Of a stretch of 39,189 bases of DNA, positions 1 to 10,058 are shown piece after piece (the stretch's first letter is position 1; each line of letters opens with the position of its first letter). The DNA is taken from contig JAYUQF010000161.1 of the NCBI GenBank assembly GCA_043756885.1, forward strand, positions 1-39,189, written 5' to 3'. Made by a program: the position numbers and the translations under genes. This DNA is from Pseudomonadota bacterium (GTDB lineage Bacteria; Pseudomonadota; Gammaproteobacteria; Ga0077536). The notes under the pieces were generated by a model, which was not told the origin of the DNA, searched no databases, and saw only the letters and a list, made by a program, of their open reading frames with translations.

Positions 1-31
1 CAGCGCTCGTCATCACTTTGCGCTCCTCCTC
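1..31 (-). CDS. Probable 5' end (RBS and start codon) of a gene running off the left edge; product unknown
   Basis: The minus strand reads GAGGAGGAG (plus 23-31), then CGCAAA, then GTG ATG ACG AGC GCT (ATG at 13..11). Only about 4 codons are visible. Confidence 0.4.
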
Positions 32-472
32 GGCCACGTAGTGGTGAAGGAAACTGCGGCTTCGATGGCCTGCTTGCGACAGCGCGTCCCTGTGCTGGCG
101 CGATTACGCAGCTCATTCGCTTATTGCTAAACGGTGCATGTTGCTGCGCGAGTATCACGTTCGCGATGCGACTTGTTGAGGAATTCTTTCGAGCGTCTCT
201 GCTTCTTGTAGTCAGCGGCAGCCTATGGGGTAGGCCTTACGGTCAGGCTTTGCACATTGGCCTAGAGCGGGAGGGGATATCGCCGCACTTACGGCAGGAA
301 AAATTCCTGTGGGATTTGCCCAGCGTCCGTTGCCGGCCGGAAAAATTAAAGGAACCTATTGAATATACGCAACATTTCACGCTAAAAACTGGGTGATGCA
401 GCGATTAGGTTAAATCTGCCTCGCCGTGGCCAAATTAACTGCAGGTGCGCCCACAGCAACGCACCGGTCGTC

Positions 473-607
473 GCCACGGATGGCATTCCCGAGACCCCTA
501 GCAGGTGTGCGGGTGAAGACGACGGGCCAGGGGCTGTCCACGGATGGGCAGCCCCGGTCCACTTTCAATCGGCATCGGTGAGCCAGACGAGGGAGATGCC
601 GTCTGGC
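473..607 (+). ncRNA. Candidate CsrA/RsmA-binding small RNA (RsmY/RsmZ/CsrB-like); boundaries uncertain
   Basis: CCACGGATGG occurs twice with CGGA in a hairpin loop (473-484; 530-555, extendable to 524-560). A third hairpin at 582-607 has AGGGA in its loop. G-U wobbles favour the + strand. It is convergent with fdxA. Confidence 0.45.
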
Positions 608-615
608 CGTCTGGA

Positions 616-939
616 TCAGCGTTCTAGAAGCTGGAGTTTGGCGGGCTTGCCTTTCCACTCGTCGGCGTCGTCGGCCGCGTCCTTCATTTCGCTGATCACG
701 GGCCATTGCTGGGCCAGCTCAGCGTTTAGTGCCAGATATTGCTGCTCGTCATCGGTCAGGTCGTCTTCTGACTTGATCGCTTCGACCGGGCATTCGGGCT
801 CGCACAAAGTGCAATCGATGCACTCGTCCGGGTCGATCACGAGCATGTTCGGCCCCTCGTGAAAACAGTCGACCGGGCACACCTCGACACAATCTGTGTA
901 CTTGCACTTGATACAGTTTTCTACAACAACAAACGTCAT
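616..939 (-). CDS. fdxA: 7Fe ferredoxin (Azotobacter FdI-type)
   Basis: 107 aa with [23 protein letters not shown] and [12 protein letters not shown] motifs; lies downstream of mutS as in many gammaproteobacteria. Confidence 0.95.
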   Translation of the reverse strand: MTFVVVENCIKCKYTDCVEVCPVDCFHEGPNMLVIDPDECIDCTLCEPECPVEAIKSEDDLTDDEQQYLALNAELAQQWPVISEMKDAADDADEWKGKPAKLQLLER

Positions 940-970
940 GGCTGCTCTTCGTCAATAACTGGAGGCGCGC

Positions 971-998
971 AGTATATCTGTCGGCAGCGTCTAGCCAA
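971..998 (-). promoter_or_regulatory. Putative sigma70 promoter for fdxA
   Basis: Minus strand TTGGCT-N16-TATACT followed by GC-rich GCGCGCC, about 30 nt before the ATG. Confidence 0.45.
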
Positions 999-1003
999 AC
1001 ACT

Positions 1004-3559
1004 TCATGAGTTGTCGAGCAGGGCGCGCAGTCGATACAGCGTTGCCAGCGCTTCGCGCGGTGACAGGGAGTCCGGATCCAGGGCGGTCAAGGCCTCGAGC
1101 GCGGGATGAGGGCGATCGAACAGGGGCAGTTGTGGCAACTCTTCGCCGGTCTGCTGCGGGTGACGCCGCTCCAGGTTGCGCAGCAAGGCGCGGGCGCGCG
1201 CAATGACAGTCCCTGGCACACCCGCGCGGCGCGCAACGGCGATGCCGAAACTGCGGTCGGCCGGTCCTTCGCTGACGCTGTGCATGAACACCACGTCTTC
1301 GCCGTGTTCTACCGCATCGAGGCGCACGTTTGCGACCGTCGCCACTTCATCGGCAAGCGCTGTCAGCTCAAAATAATGGGTGGCAAATAGCGTAAACGCG
1401 CGATTCTGCGCGGCCAGGTGTTCGGCCGCTGCCCAGGCCAGGGACATGCCGTCATAGGTACTCGTGCCGCGCCCAATCTCATCGACGATGACCAGGCTGG
1501 CGGCTGTCGCGTGGTGGAGGATATAGGCGGTTTCGGCCATCTCCACCATGAAGGTGCTCTGGCCACCAGCGAGATTGTCGCCGGCGCCAATGCGCGAATA
1601 AATGGCGTCAATGGGGCCCAGCACCACGGCTTGCGCCGGCACAAAACTGCCGATATGAGCCAGCAGGGTGATCAGCGCCGCTTGCCGCATATAGGTCGAT
1701 TTACCGCCCATATTGGGGCCTGTGATCAGCAGCAGACGTCGTGTGTCGTGCAAGTCCAGATCGTTGGCGACGAAGGGCGTGTCCTGGAATTGTTCGACAA
1801 GTGGGTGACGCCCAGCGCGAATGCTGAGTTTAGGTTCGGCACAGAAGCTGGGCGCGCATAACTGCAGCGTTTCGGCACGTTCGGCGAAACTGGCGAGCAC
1901 ATCCAGTTCCGCCAGTGCCGCACTGCTTACTTGCAACACCGGAACGTCGGGCAGCAGGGCCGCGAGCAGGCTTTCGTAGAGTTCGCGTTCCCGACGCAGG
2001 GCGCGATCGGCCGCCGTGAGGATGTGGGTCTCGAAACCCTTCAGTTCTGGCGTGATGTAACGTTCTACGCCCTTGAGCGTCTGACGGCGCGTGTAATCAG
2101 CGGGCGCACGTTCGGCCTGGGCGCGGCTGATTTCGATGTAATAACCATGCACGCGGTTGTAACCGACCTTGAGATTGGCAATGCCGCTGCGTTCGCGTTC
2201 GCGCTGTTCCAGTGCCAGCAGATAGGCGTCAGCATCGGCGCTGGCATTGCGCAACTCGTCCAACTGTTCGTCGTATCCCGGCGCCAGCACGCCACCATCG
2301 CGAATGAGATGCGCCGGCGACTCAACTAAAGCGCGCTCGAGCAGAGCGCGGGTGGTTGGCAACTCTTTGACTCGTTCGCGCAACGCATCGAGGTGAGGAC
2401 TCAGTTCGCTCAGCACCAGGCCGCGTAGGCTCGGCAGCACGCCCAAGGCATCGCGCAGGCGGGCCAGATCCCGCGGACGAGCGCTACCCATGGCAACCCG
2501 AGTGACGATGCGTTCAATGTCGTGGATCTGGCGCAATGCGCCGCGCAAAGCAACGAGATCGTGGCGTTCCACCAACATCGTCACTGCCTGTTGGCGTAAA
2601 CGCAGAATGTGATGGTCACGCAGCGGGCGTTGCAGCCAGCGCCTGAACAAGCGTCCGCCCATGGCGGTGCCAGTGGTATCGAAAACGGCGACCAGGGTGT
2701 GGGCGTCTTGCCCTGAAAGTGCGTGGGTGATCTCGAGATTGCGGCGCGTGGCAGGGTCGAGATGCAGGGCGTCTTGCGGGCGTTCGACCGCCAGAGCGAG
2801 CACATGGCCGAGTGCACCGCCGTGCATCTCTTGGCAATAGGTCAGCACCGCGCCGGCCGCACCGATGGCCGCTTTTAAATCCGCGCAGCCGTAGCCGTGC
2901 AGCTCTGCGACGCCGAACTGCTGGCACAGTTTTCGCCGCGCCGCAGCGACGTCGAAGCGCCATGCGGGTAACGCTAACGCGCGTGCCGCCCATTCTGCCG
3001 GCAGCTGCCCTCGTTGTTCGTCGGCTACCAGCAGTTCCGCCGGTTGCAAGCGTTCGAGCTCCGCTTCGAGCGCAGCGCGGTCAGCGGTTTCGCAGACCAG
3101 GAAGCGTCCGGCACCGATATCCAGCCAGGCCAGTCCGGCCAGCTCGCCGACCATCACCAAGGCGGCAATCAAGGTGTCGCGGCGAGCTTCCAGCAGTGAT
3201 TCATCTGTCACCGTGCCCGGCGTCAAAATGCGCGTGACTTGGCGTGCTACGGGGCCACGCGATTGTGCAGGGTCACCAATCTGCTCGCAGATTGCGACCG
3301 ATTCGCCAAGCTTCAATAACCGCGCGAGGTAAGGGTCAGCGGCGTGAAACGGCACCCCGGCCATGGGGATCGGTTGTCCTTCGCTGGTGCCACGCGCAGT
3401 CAGGGTCAGATCCAGCAGCGCGGCGACGCGCTTGGCATCATCGAAGAACAACTCGTAAAAGTCGCCCATGCGATAAAACAGCAGGGTATTGGGATGCTCG
3501 GCTTTGATGCCGAGATACTGCTGCATTACGGGCGAATTAGCGGCTTTTTCGGTGGGCAT
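1004..3559 (-). CDS. mutS: DNA mismatch repair protein MutS
   Basis: Motifs [17 protein letters not shown], Walker [21 protein letters not shown] and DEIGRGTST. Start placed at ATG 3559 (MPTEK) rather than the ORF-track start at 3628. Confidence 0.97.
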   Translation of the reverse strand: MPTEKAANSPVMQQYLGIKAEHPNTLLFYRMGDFYELFFDDAKRVAALLDLTLTARGTSEGQPIPMAGVPFHAADPYLARLLKLGESVAICEQIGDPAQSRGPVARQVTRILTPGTVTDESLLEARRDTLIAALVMVGELAGLAWLDIGAGRFLVCETADRAALEAELERLQPAELLVADEQRGQLPAEWAARALALPAWRFDVAAARRKLCQQFGVAELHGYGCADLKAAIGAAGAVLTYCQEMHGGALGHVLALAVERPQDALHLDPATRRNLEITHALSGQDAHTLVAVFDTTGTAMGGRLFRRWLQRPLRDHHILRLRQQAVTMLVERHDLVALRGALRQIHDIERIVTRVAMGSARPRDLARLRDALGVLPSLRGLVLSELSPHLDALRERVKELPTTRALLERALVESPAHLIRDGGVLAPGYDEQLDELRNASADADAYLLALEQRERERSGIANLKVGYNRVHGYYIEISRAQAERAPADYTRRQTLKGVERYITPELKGFETHILTAADRALRRERELYESLLAALLPDVPVLQVSSAALAELDVLASFAERAETLQLCAPSFCAEPKLSIRAGRHPLVEQFQDTPFVANDLDLHDTRRLLLITGPNMGGKSTYMRQAALITLLAHIGSFVPAQAVVLGPIDAIYSRIGAGDNLAGGQSTFMVEMAETAYILHHATAASLVIVDEIGRGTSTYDGMSLAWAAAEHLAAQNRAFTLFATHYFELTALADEVATVANVRLDAVEHGEDVVFMHSVSEGPADRSFGIAVARRAGVPGTVIARARALLRNLERRHPQQTGEELPQLPLFDRPHPALEALTALDPDSLSPREALATLYRLRALLDNS

Positions 3560-3685
3560 TGTGTAGATGATCGGCTGCGGCCAGTGTCGCAGCAAGCCGA
3601 CGCTGTCCAGGGAAAATCGAAGCCGCACAGTCGCGGCCGAAGGCGTCTATGGTAGCGCGTGCCACACGCTCGCACGATCAAGGGG

Positions 3686-3712
3686 CTTGAAATCCCGCGC
3701 GCGCGCCCATAG
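3686..3712 (+). promoter_or_regulatory. Sigma32 (RpoH) heat-shock promoter of htpG
   Basis: CTTGAAA (3686-3692)-N13-CCCATAG (3706-3712) matches the RpoH consensus CTTGAA-N13-17-CCCCATNT, and lies upstream of a known RpoH-regulon gene. Confidence 0.75.
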
Positions 3713-3749
3713 CTTGCCCGCCTCACCCCGCGACCCACAGAGGACAGTC

Positions 3750-5618
3750 ATGGCGCTCGATACAGCCAAAGAACAACGCGGCTTCCAGTCGGAAGTCAGC
3801 CAACTACTCGATCTCGTAATCAATTCCTTGTACAGCAACCGCGAGATATTTCTGCGCGAGTTGGTTTCCAACGCCGCTGACGCGGCCGATAAGCTGCGCT
3901 TTGCGGCGCTGTCAAATGACAGCCTCTACGAGGGTGAGGCCGAACTCGCCGTCGAAATCGAATTTAACGAGAGCGATGGCACCATTACCGTACGCGACAA
4001 CGGCATTGGCATGACACGCGACGAGGCAGTTGACAATCTCGGCACCATCGCCAAGTCAGGCACTCGTGAATTTTTTGGCGCCTTGTCCGGCGACGCGCGT
4101 CAGGATTCGCAACTCATCGGCCAATTTGGTGTTGGCTTTTATGCCGGTTTTATTGTCGCTGACAAGGTCACCGTGACCTCGCGCAAAGCTGGGCTCTCCC
4201 CACAAGAAGGTGTGCGCTGGGAATCTGACGGCAAGGGCGAATTTTCCGTCGAGACCGTGCTGGCCAATAAACGCGGCACCGAAATTTTGCTGCACCTGAA
4301 AGACGACGCAAAGGATCTCGCCAACGCCTATCGTCTGCGCGAGATTGCCAAGCGCTACTCCGACCATATCTCCATACCAATCAAGATGGCGCAGACCGGC
4401 GAAGAAAAGGGCTGGGAAACCATCAACCAGGCCACCGCTTTGTGGCGTCGCTCTAAAAACGAAATCACCGACGAGGAGTACAAGGCGTTCTACAAACACG
4501 TCTCCCACGACTTCGGTGATCCAAGCAGTTGGCTGCACTCCAAAGTTGAGGGCAAAAACGAATACACAACCCTGTTCTACCTGCCCGCCCGCCCGCCTTT
4601 TGACCTATGGGATCGTGAAGTTAAACACGGCGTGAAGCTGTACGTGCAACGCGTGTTCATCATGGACGATGCTGAGAAGCTTATGCCGCGTTACCTGCGC
4701 TTTGTGCGCGGTGTAATCGACACCAATGATTTGCCGCTCAACGTGTCGCGTGAAATCCTGCAACACAACAAGACGCTCGAAACCATCCGCAGCGCGTCGG
4801 TCAAAAAAGTGCTGGGCATGATTGAAACCCTCGCTGAGGGTGAGGACTACGCCAAGTTCTGGGAAGCCTTTGGCCGGGTGCTGAAAGAGGGCGTGATCGA
4901 GGATTTTGCCAACCGTGAACGTATTGCCAAACTGTTACGTTTTGCCAGCACCCACAGCGATGCCGAAACACCAGACGTCAGTTTGGCGACTTATGTGTCG
5001 CGCATGAAAGCCGATCAGGAGGCGATTTACTACATCGTCGCCGAGGGTTTTTCCACGGCGCGCAACAGTCCACATCTGGAATATTTCCGCAATGCAGGTA
5101 TCGAAGTGCTGCTGATGCACGAGCCGATAGACGAGTGGCTGGTTACTCACCTCGGCGAGTTCGAGGGCAAAACCCTGAAGTCAGTGGTGCACGCTGAGAT
5201 CAAACCCGCTGCCGAACAAGAAGCCGATTCGCCGCAGGACGAAGCGGCAAGCCCACTTTTAAAGCGCATCAAAGCCGCGTTGGACTCGCGCGTTGAAGAC
5301 GTCAAGCGCAGCCAGCGGCTGACCAGCTCGCCGGCTTGCCTGGTGTCGGCGCAGGAAGCGATGAGCGCCAATCTCGAGCGCATGCTCAAGGCTGCGGGCC
5401 AAGACGTGCCGGCAGCCAAACGCATTCTTGAGCTGAACATCGAACATCCGATGATCAAGTTCATGGATCACATGCGCGACGAGCAGCAGTTTGGCAACTG
5501 GGCGAGCTTATTGTTCGAACAGTCAATCCTGGCCGAGGGCGGCAAACTCGACGACCCGGCCGGCTTTGTTAAACGCATGAACGACGTGGTGCTTGAACTG
5601 GCTGCCACGCGTGGCTAA
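3750..5618 (+). CDS. htpG: Chaperone Hsp90 (HtpG)
   Basis: Motifs FQSEV..LYSNREIFLRELVSNA, DNGIGM, LIGQFGVGFY and DLPLNVSREILQ. ATG 3750 is preceded by AGGA. Confidence 0.97.
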   Translation: MALDTAKEQRGFQSEVSQLLDLVINSLYSNREIFLRELVSNAADAADKLRFAALSNDSLYEGEAELAVEIEFNESDGTITVRDNGIGMTRDEAVDNLGTIAKSGTREFFGALSGDARQDSQLIGQFGVGFYAGFIVADKVTVTSRKAGLSPQEGVRWESDGKGEFSVETVLANKRGTEILLHLKDDAKDLANAYRLREIAKRYSDHISIPIKMAQTGEEKGWETINQATALWRRSKNEITDEEYKAFYKHVSHDFGDPSSWLHSKVEGKNEYTTLFYLPARPPFDLWDREVKHGVKLYVQRVFIMDDAEKLMPRYLRFVRGVIDTNDLPLNVSREILQHNKTLETIRSASVKKVLGMIETLAEGEDYAKFWEAFGRVLKEGVIEDFANRERIAKLLRFASTHSDAETPDVSLATYVSRMKADQEAIYYIVAEGFSTARNSPHLEYFRNAGIEVLLMHEPIDEWLVTHLGEFEGKTLKSVVHAEIKPAAEQEADSPQDEAASPLLKRIKAALDSRVEDVKRSQRLTSSPACLVSAQEAMSANLERMLKAAGQDVPAAKRILELNIEHPMIKFMDHMRDEQQFGNWASLLFEQSILAEGGKLDDPAGFVKRMNDVVLELAATRG

Positions 5619-6504
5619 AGGTGCTTCGTTGCCGCTTACGCCGCGCGCGCTGATCAACAGTGCAGCGCGGCGCTTTCGCCGGGCAGGTTTGTTTTTTGGT
5701 CACGGCACTGACAATGCTTTGGACGAGGCGGCTTTCCTGGTTTTGCACGCCGTCGGGTTACCGTCGGATGCCGGTGACGACGTGCTCGACAAGCCGCTCG
5801 ATGAGGCCAGTCGCGCTGCTGCTGAAAATCTGCTCGCGCTGCGTCTGGAGCGACGCTGTCCAGCGGCCTATCTCACCCAGCGTATGTGGTTTGCCGGCCA
5901 TGAGTTTTATGTTGACGAACGCGTGTTGGTGCCACGTTCACCGCTTGCCGAATTGATCAACGCGCGCTTTGAACCCTGGCTGCAGGCGGACAAGGTCGCG
6001 CGCATCCTCGACATCGGCACCGGTAGTGGTTGTATTGCAGTGGCCTGTGCGCTGGTGTTCCCCGCAGCCGAGGTCGACGCAACGGATTTGAGTGTTGATG
6101 CCTTGGCCGTTGCCGCAATCAACCGTGCGCGCTACGGGCTCGATGCGCGTGTGCGGCTGGTGGAGGCAGATCTGTTTCCCGTCGATGGTGGGCAGTACGA
6201 CCTGATCGTGAGCAATCCACCCTACGTGCCCATCGCCCGATTGCCCGAACTGCCGCAGGAGTATCGCGAAGAACCGGCCATGGCGCTGGCGGCCGGTAGT
6301 GATGGCTTTGCTTGTGTAGACGGCATATTGGCCGGTGCCGCTGCTCATCTTGCACCTCATGGCGTTCTGATAATGGAGGTCGGCGAGATAGCGCCCGCTG
6401 TCGACCAGCGCTACGCGCACTTGCCATTGACCTGGATAGAGTTCGAGCACGGTGGGGAAGGAGTGTTCGTGATCCCCCGTGAAGATCTGGTTCGCGCCCT
6501 GTGA
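5611..6504 (+). CDS. prmB: 50S ribosomal protein L3 N5-glutamine methyltransferase
   Basis: Motifs GHGTDNALDEA, YVDERVLVPRSP, DIGTGSGCIA and NPPY; directly upstream of aroC. The likely GTG start at 5611 overlaps the htpG stop. Confidence 0.92.
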   Translation: MAKGASLPLTPRALINSAARRFRRAGLFFGHGTDNALDEAAFLVLHAVGLPSDAGDDVLDKPLDEASRAAAENLLALRLERRCPAAYLTQRMWFAGHEFYVDERVLVPRSPLAELINARFEPWLQADKVARILDIGTGSGCIAVACALVFPAAEVDATDLSVDALAVAAINRARYGLDARVRLVEADLFPVDGGQYDLIVSNPPYVPIARLPELPQEYREEPAMALAAGSDGFACVDGILAGAAAHLAPHGVLIMEVGEIAPAVDQRYAHLPLTWIEFEHGGEGVFVIPREDLVRAL

Positions 6505-6553
6505 ATTCACTGCGTTTGATTGTCCCGTAGCGGGTTTGTGCTCGGGTATAGCC

Positions 6554-6562
6554 TGCTAGAAT
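6554..6562 (+). promoter_or_regulatory. Extended -10 element (TGnTAGAAT) 6 nt before the aroC ATG
   Basis: Sequence reads TGC TAGAAT GCTCCC ATG with no Shine-Dalgarno. Confidence 0.5.
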
Positions 6563-6568
6563 GCTCCC

Positions 6569-7672
6569 ATGGCCGGCAACACGATTGGAAAACTATTTTC
6601 TCTGAGCACCGCAGGCGAAAGCCATGGCCCAGCTTACGTCGGTATTGTGGATGGGTGTCCGCCGGGGCTGGAGCTATGCGAGGCTGATCTCCAACACGAT
6701 CTTGATCGACGCAAGCCAGGTCAGTCCCGGCATACCACGCAACGTCGCGAAGAAGATCGTGTGCAGATTTTGTCCGGGGTCTTCGAAGGTCGCACCACCG
6801 GCACGCCCATTGGTCTGCTGATCGAAAACACTGATCAGAAATCCAAGGACTATTCGAATATCCAGGACAAATTCCGGCCGGGTCACGCCGACTACACCTA
6901 CATTCAGAAATACGGCGTGCGCGATTATCGCGGCGGCGGCCGTGCGTCGGCGCGCGAAACCTGTATGCGGGTAGCGGCGGGTGCCATTGCAAAAAAATAT
7001 CTGGCGCAGTGCTGCGGTGTGAAGGTGGCCGGATATCTTGCGCAACTGGGGCCTGTCCACCTTGCCTGTGAGAATTTAGACGCGGTCGACAACAATCCGT
7101 TTTTTTGTGCCGAGCCCGCCCGAGTCCCTGAACTTGAGGCCTACATGGATGCGCTGCGCAAAGAAGGGGATTCGATCGGTGCGCGGGTGACCGTCATCGC
7201 CAGTGGCCTGGCGCCGGGTTGGGGCGAGCCGGTGTTTGATCGTCTCGACGCCGATCTCGCCAAAGCTTTGATGAGTATCAACGCAGTGCGCGCGGTGGAG
7301 ATCGGCGATGGTTTTGCCGTGGTGGAACAGAAAGGCAGTGCCCATCGCGACGCCATGTCCCCGCGTGGTTTTGCCAGCAATCATGCCGGCGGCATTCTGG
7401 GCGGGATTTCCACCGGTCAGGACATCATTGCCAGCATCGCGCTCAAGCCGACTTCCAGCATTCGTCTCGACGGTGAGACCATCAACATTGACGGCGGCGC
7501 GACTTCGATTGCCACCCTCGGTCGCCATGATCCGTGTGTGGGCATCCGCGCGGTGCCGATCGCCGAAGCAATGGTCGCATTGGTTTTGCTCGATCATCTG
7601 CTGCGACAACGCGGACAGAATGCCGACGTCGCGGTAAGCACCCCGATCATCACCCGCGATTCCAGCGGCTGA
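6569..7672 (+). CDS. aroC: Chorismate synthase
   Basis: Motifs [38 protein letters not shown] and GRHDPCV. Confidence 0.97.
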   Translation: MAGNTIGKLFSLSTAGESHGPAYVGIVDGCPPGLELCEADLQHDLDRRKPGQSRHTTQRREEDRVQILSGVFEGRTTGTPIGLLIENTDQKSKDYSNIQDKFRPGHADYTYIQKYGVRDYRGGGRASARETCMRVAAGAIAKKYLAQCCGVKVAGYLAQLGPVHLACENLDAVDNNPFFCAEPARVPELEAYMDALRKEGDSIGARVTVIASGLAPGWGEPVFDRLDADLAKALMSINAVRAVEIGDGFAVVEQKGSAHRDAMSPRGFASNHAGGILGGISTGQDIIASIALKPTSSIRLDGETINIDGGATSIATLGRHDPCVGIRAVPIAEAMVALVLLDHLLRQRGQNADVAVSTPIITRDSSG

Positions 7673-7681
7673 GCGATCAAC

Positions 7682-8779
7682 ATGACCTCGCACGAGCCTG
7701 AGACCAGCGGCGTGCGCTCGAACATTTCCGACGCCGCAATCGGTGAGCTCGCGGCCCGCATCCGCGCCGCAGCTACCGCTGGCAACTCTCTGCAGATCCG
7801 AGGCGGCGGCAGTAAAGCCTTCTACGGTCGCGCGGTGCGCGGTGAGGTGCTCGACACCCGTTCCTGTGCGGGCATCGTGGCCTACGAACCAAGCGAGCTT
7901 GTGATTACCGCTCGGGCTGGCACACCGCTTTCGGAAATCGAAGCGGCACTGGCGGTGCACGACCAGATGCTCGGTTTTGAACCGCCCCATTTTGGCGGCA
8001 GCGCAACGCTGGGCGGTGTGGTCGCGAGTGGCTTATCCGGGCCCGCGCGCCCCTACCACGGCGCAGTGCGGGATTTTGTGCTGGGTATCGAATTGCTCGA
8101 TGGTCGCGGCGAACTGTTGCGCTTTGGCGGACAAGTTATGAAAAACGTCGCGGGCTTCGATGTATCGCGGCTTCTTGCCGGTTCGCTCGGTTCGCTGGGT
8201 CTTATCGTGCAGGCCTCGCTGCGGGTCATCCCGTCGGCACGTCGCCACTGCACGCTGGAATGGCAGCTGCAGCCGAGTGCTGCCCGCGAGCGCATGGTGG
8301 CACTGGCGCAAGCGCCCTGGCCCATCACGGCCTTGAGTTATGACGGAGATATACTACGTCTGCGCGCCGCTGGCAGTCCGCAAGCAGTGGTCCATGGCAT
8401 CACGCAACTGGCGCCCGACAAGGTGGTTGAGGACAGTGGTTATTGGCCTGCTCTCAAAGATCTGCAGCTGCCCTTCTTCAGCGAGGATCATCGCCCGTTG
8501 TGGCGTTTGAGTGTGCCACCTGCCGCACCGGATCCCGATGGTCATGGTCTCGTGATCCAGGATTGGGGTGGCGCCCAACGCTGGCTGCATGCCGAGTCAG
8601 GTGATCTGTCATTACGGGATTACGCGGCGGCACTGGGTGGTCATGCGAGTTGTTTCTCGGCCTGCGATGCGCCCTTCGCCTCACCGAGCGCGCCGCTACG
8701 CCAACTCATGCAGCGCGTGAAGTTTGCACTCGATCCCAAACGCATATTCAATCCCGGCCGACTTTACGATTGGTTGTAG
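7682..8779 (+). CDS. glcE: Glycolate oxidase FAD-binding subunit
   Basis: Motifs GGGSKAFYG, YEPSELV, FEPPHF, FGGQVMKNVAGFDVSRL, DWGGAQRW and a C-terminal DP..IFNPGR. Confidence 0.9.
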   Translation: MTSHEPETSGVRSNISDAAIGELAARIRAAATAGNSLQIRGGGSKAFYGRAVRGEVLDTRSCAGIVAYEPSELVITARAGTPLSEIEAALAVHDQMLGFEPPHFGGSATLGGVVASGLSGPARPYHGAVRDFVLGIELLDGRGELLRFGGQVMKNVAGFDVSRLLAGSLGSLGLIVQASLRVIPSARRHCTLEWQLQPSAARERMVALAQAPWPITALSYDGDILRLRAAGSPQAVVHGITQLAPDKVVEDSGYWPALKDLQLPFFSEDHRPLWRLSVPPAAPDPDGHGLVIQDWGGAQRWLHAESGDLSLRDYAAALGGHASCFSACDAPFASPSAPLRQLMQRVKFALDPKRIFNPGRLYDWL

Positions 8780-8785
8780 AACACT

Positions 8786-10000
8786 GTGCGCAGCCTGCTT
8801 AACGATACTTTGCGTAACGACGTGGTCGCGACCGAGGCGGCGTCTATCGTGCGCAGCTGCGTGCACTGCGGTTTTTGCAATGCCACCTGTCCTACTTATC
8901 AGGTGACCGGCGATGAGCTTGATGGGCCTCGTGGGCGCATCTATCTCATGAAGTCATGGCTGGAAGCTGACACCGCAGGGCATGCCACCCGCAGTCATCT
9001 TGATCGATGCCTTGGCTGTCGCAGTTGCGAGACCACTTGTCCGTCGGGTGTGCGTTACGGACGGTTACTCGATCTGGTCAGGCCGCGTGTGCATGCCGCG
9101 GCAGGTCTCTCCCGTTGGCAACGCTTGATACGCGCGTTGTTAATCGCATTGATCCCTTACCCGCGACGCTGGCGCGCGATGGTCGCACTCGGCCGCTGGC
9201 TGAGGCCGGTATTGCCTGAGATGGTCACGCGTTTATATAACCTGTCCGATCCACCGCCGGCGTTCGAGGCTACCGCGCGCGTGAGGCGCGTTTTGCTGTT
9301 AGGGGGCTGCGCCCAAGCGGTGTTGAATCCCAGCATTGATGCCGCGGCAGAGCGCGTGTTTGACCGACTGGGTGTCACGCTTGAACGGCACCCCGGCGTC
9401 GCGTGTTGTGGCGCTTTGCCTTATCACTTGGGAGATGAGCCGGTCGCGGTGCGTATTGCCAAAGCCAACATCGACGCCTGGTGGCCGGCGATTGAGGCCG
9501 GCGCCGAAGCCATTATGGCGACTTCCTCCGGTTGTGGTGTGCAGTTGCGCGATTACGCACAGTTGTTGAGCGCCGATGCGGACTATGGTCCGCGCGCAGC
9601 ACGCGTCGTCGCCTTGGTGCGGGACCCGATTGAACTGGTCGACAGTGAACAATTGCGCGCCCACGTTAACGGTCGCGGGCAATGCGTCGCGGTGCAGACG
9701 CCATGTACCTTGCAACACGGACAACGCCTCGGCGGACGTATAGAACCCCTGTTGCAAGCCCTGGGTTGGGACGTCCAGTCAGTGGCCGACAGCCATTTGT
9801 GCTGCGGCTCGGCGGGTAGTTACTCGCTCCTGCAGCCGGCCATGGCGGACGAATTACGGACCCGCAAGCTGGTCAACCTCATGACGCAGGCGCCCAGCGT
9901 AATAGTCACCGCCAATATCGGCTGTCAATTGCATTTGGCGGCGCGGGCTGCGGTGCCAGTACGGCATTGGTTGGAGGTTCTGGCGGCAGCTCTTGATTGA
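8786..10000 (+). CDS. glcF: Glycolate oxidase iron-sulfur subunit
   Basis: CVHCGFCNATCP and CLGCRSCETTCP 4Fe-4S motifs, two CCG domains (ACCGA, LCCGSAG) and TANIGCQLHL. Confidence 0.92.
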   Translation: MRSLLNDTLRNDVVATEAASIVRSCVHCGFCNATCPTYQVTGDELDGPRGRIYLMKSWLEADTAGHATRSHLDRCLGCRSCETTCPSGVRYGRLLDLVRPRVHAAAGLSRWQRLIRALLIALIPYPRRWRAMVALGRWLRPVLPEMVTRLYNLSDPPPAFEATARVRRVLLLGGCAQAVLNPSIDAAAERVFDRLGVTLERHPGVACCGALPYHLGDEPVAVRIAKANIDAWWPAIEAGAEAIMATSSGCGVQLRDYAQLLSADADYGPRAARVVALVRDPIELVDSEQLRAHVNGRGQCVAVQTPCTLQHGQRLGGRIEPLLQALGWDVQSVADSHLCCGSAGSYSLLQPAMADELRTRKLVNLMTQAPSVIVTANIGCQLHLAARAAVPVRHWLEVLAAALD

Positions 10001-10058
10001 GTCTGGTGCGATGGTCGCGAACCGGTGTGGCGCGCGACCTCGGCACACGGGCAGGTAC

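Noticed and set aside
124-706. Short ORFs 124..396 (+) and 410..706 (-)
   Set aside because: They have no clear RBS or recognisable motifs, one overlaps fdxA out of frame, and the region looks regulatory or structured instead.
3560-3749. Overlapping divergent N-termini of MutS and HtpG in the ORF track
   Set aside because: This is an artefact of longest-ORF calling. The conserved starts are 3559 and 3750, with a sigma32 promoter between them.
7076-7990. 304-aa - strand ORF
   Set aside because: It is antisense to aroC and glcE and has no recognisable motifs.
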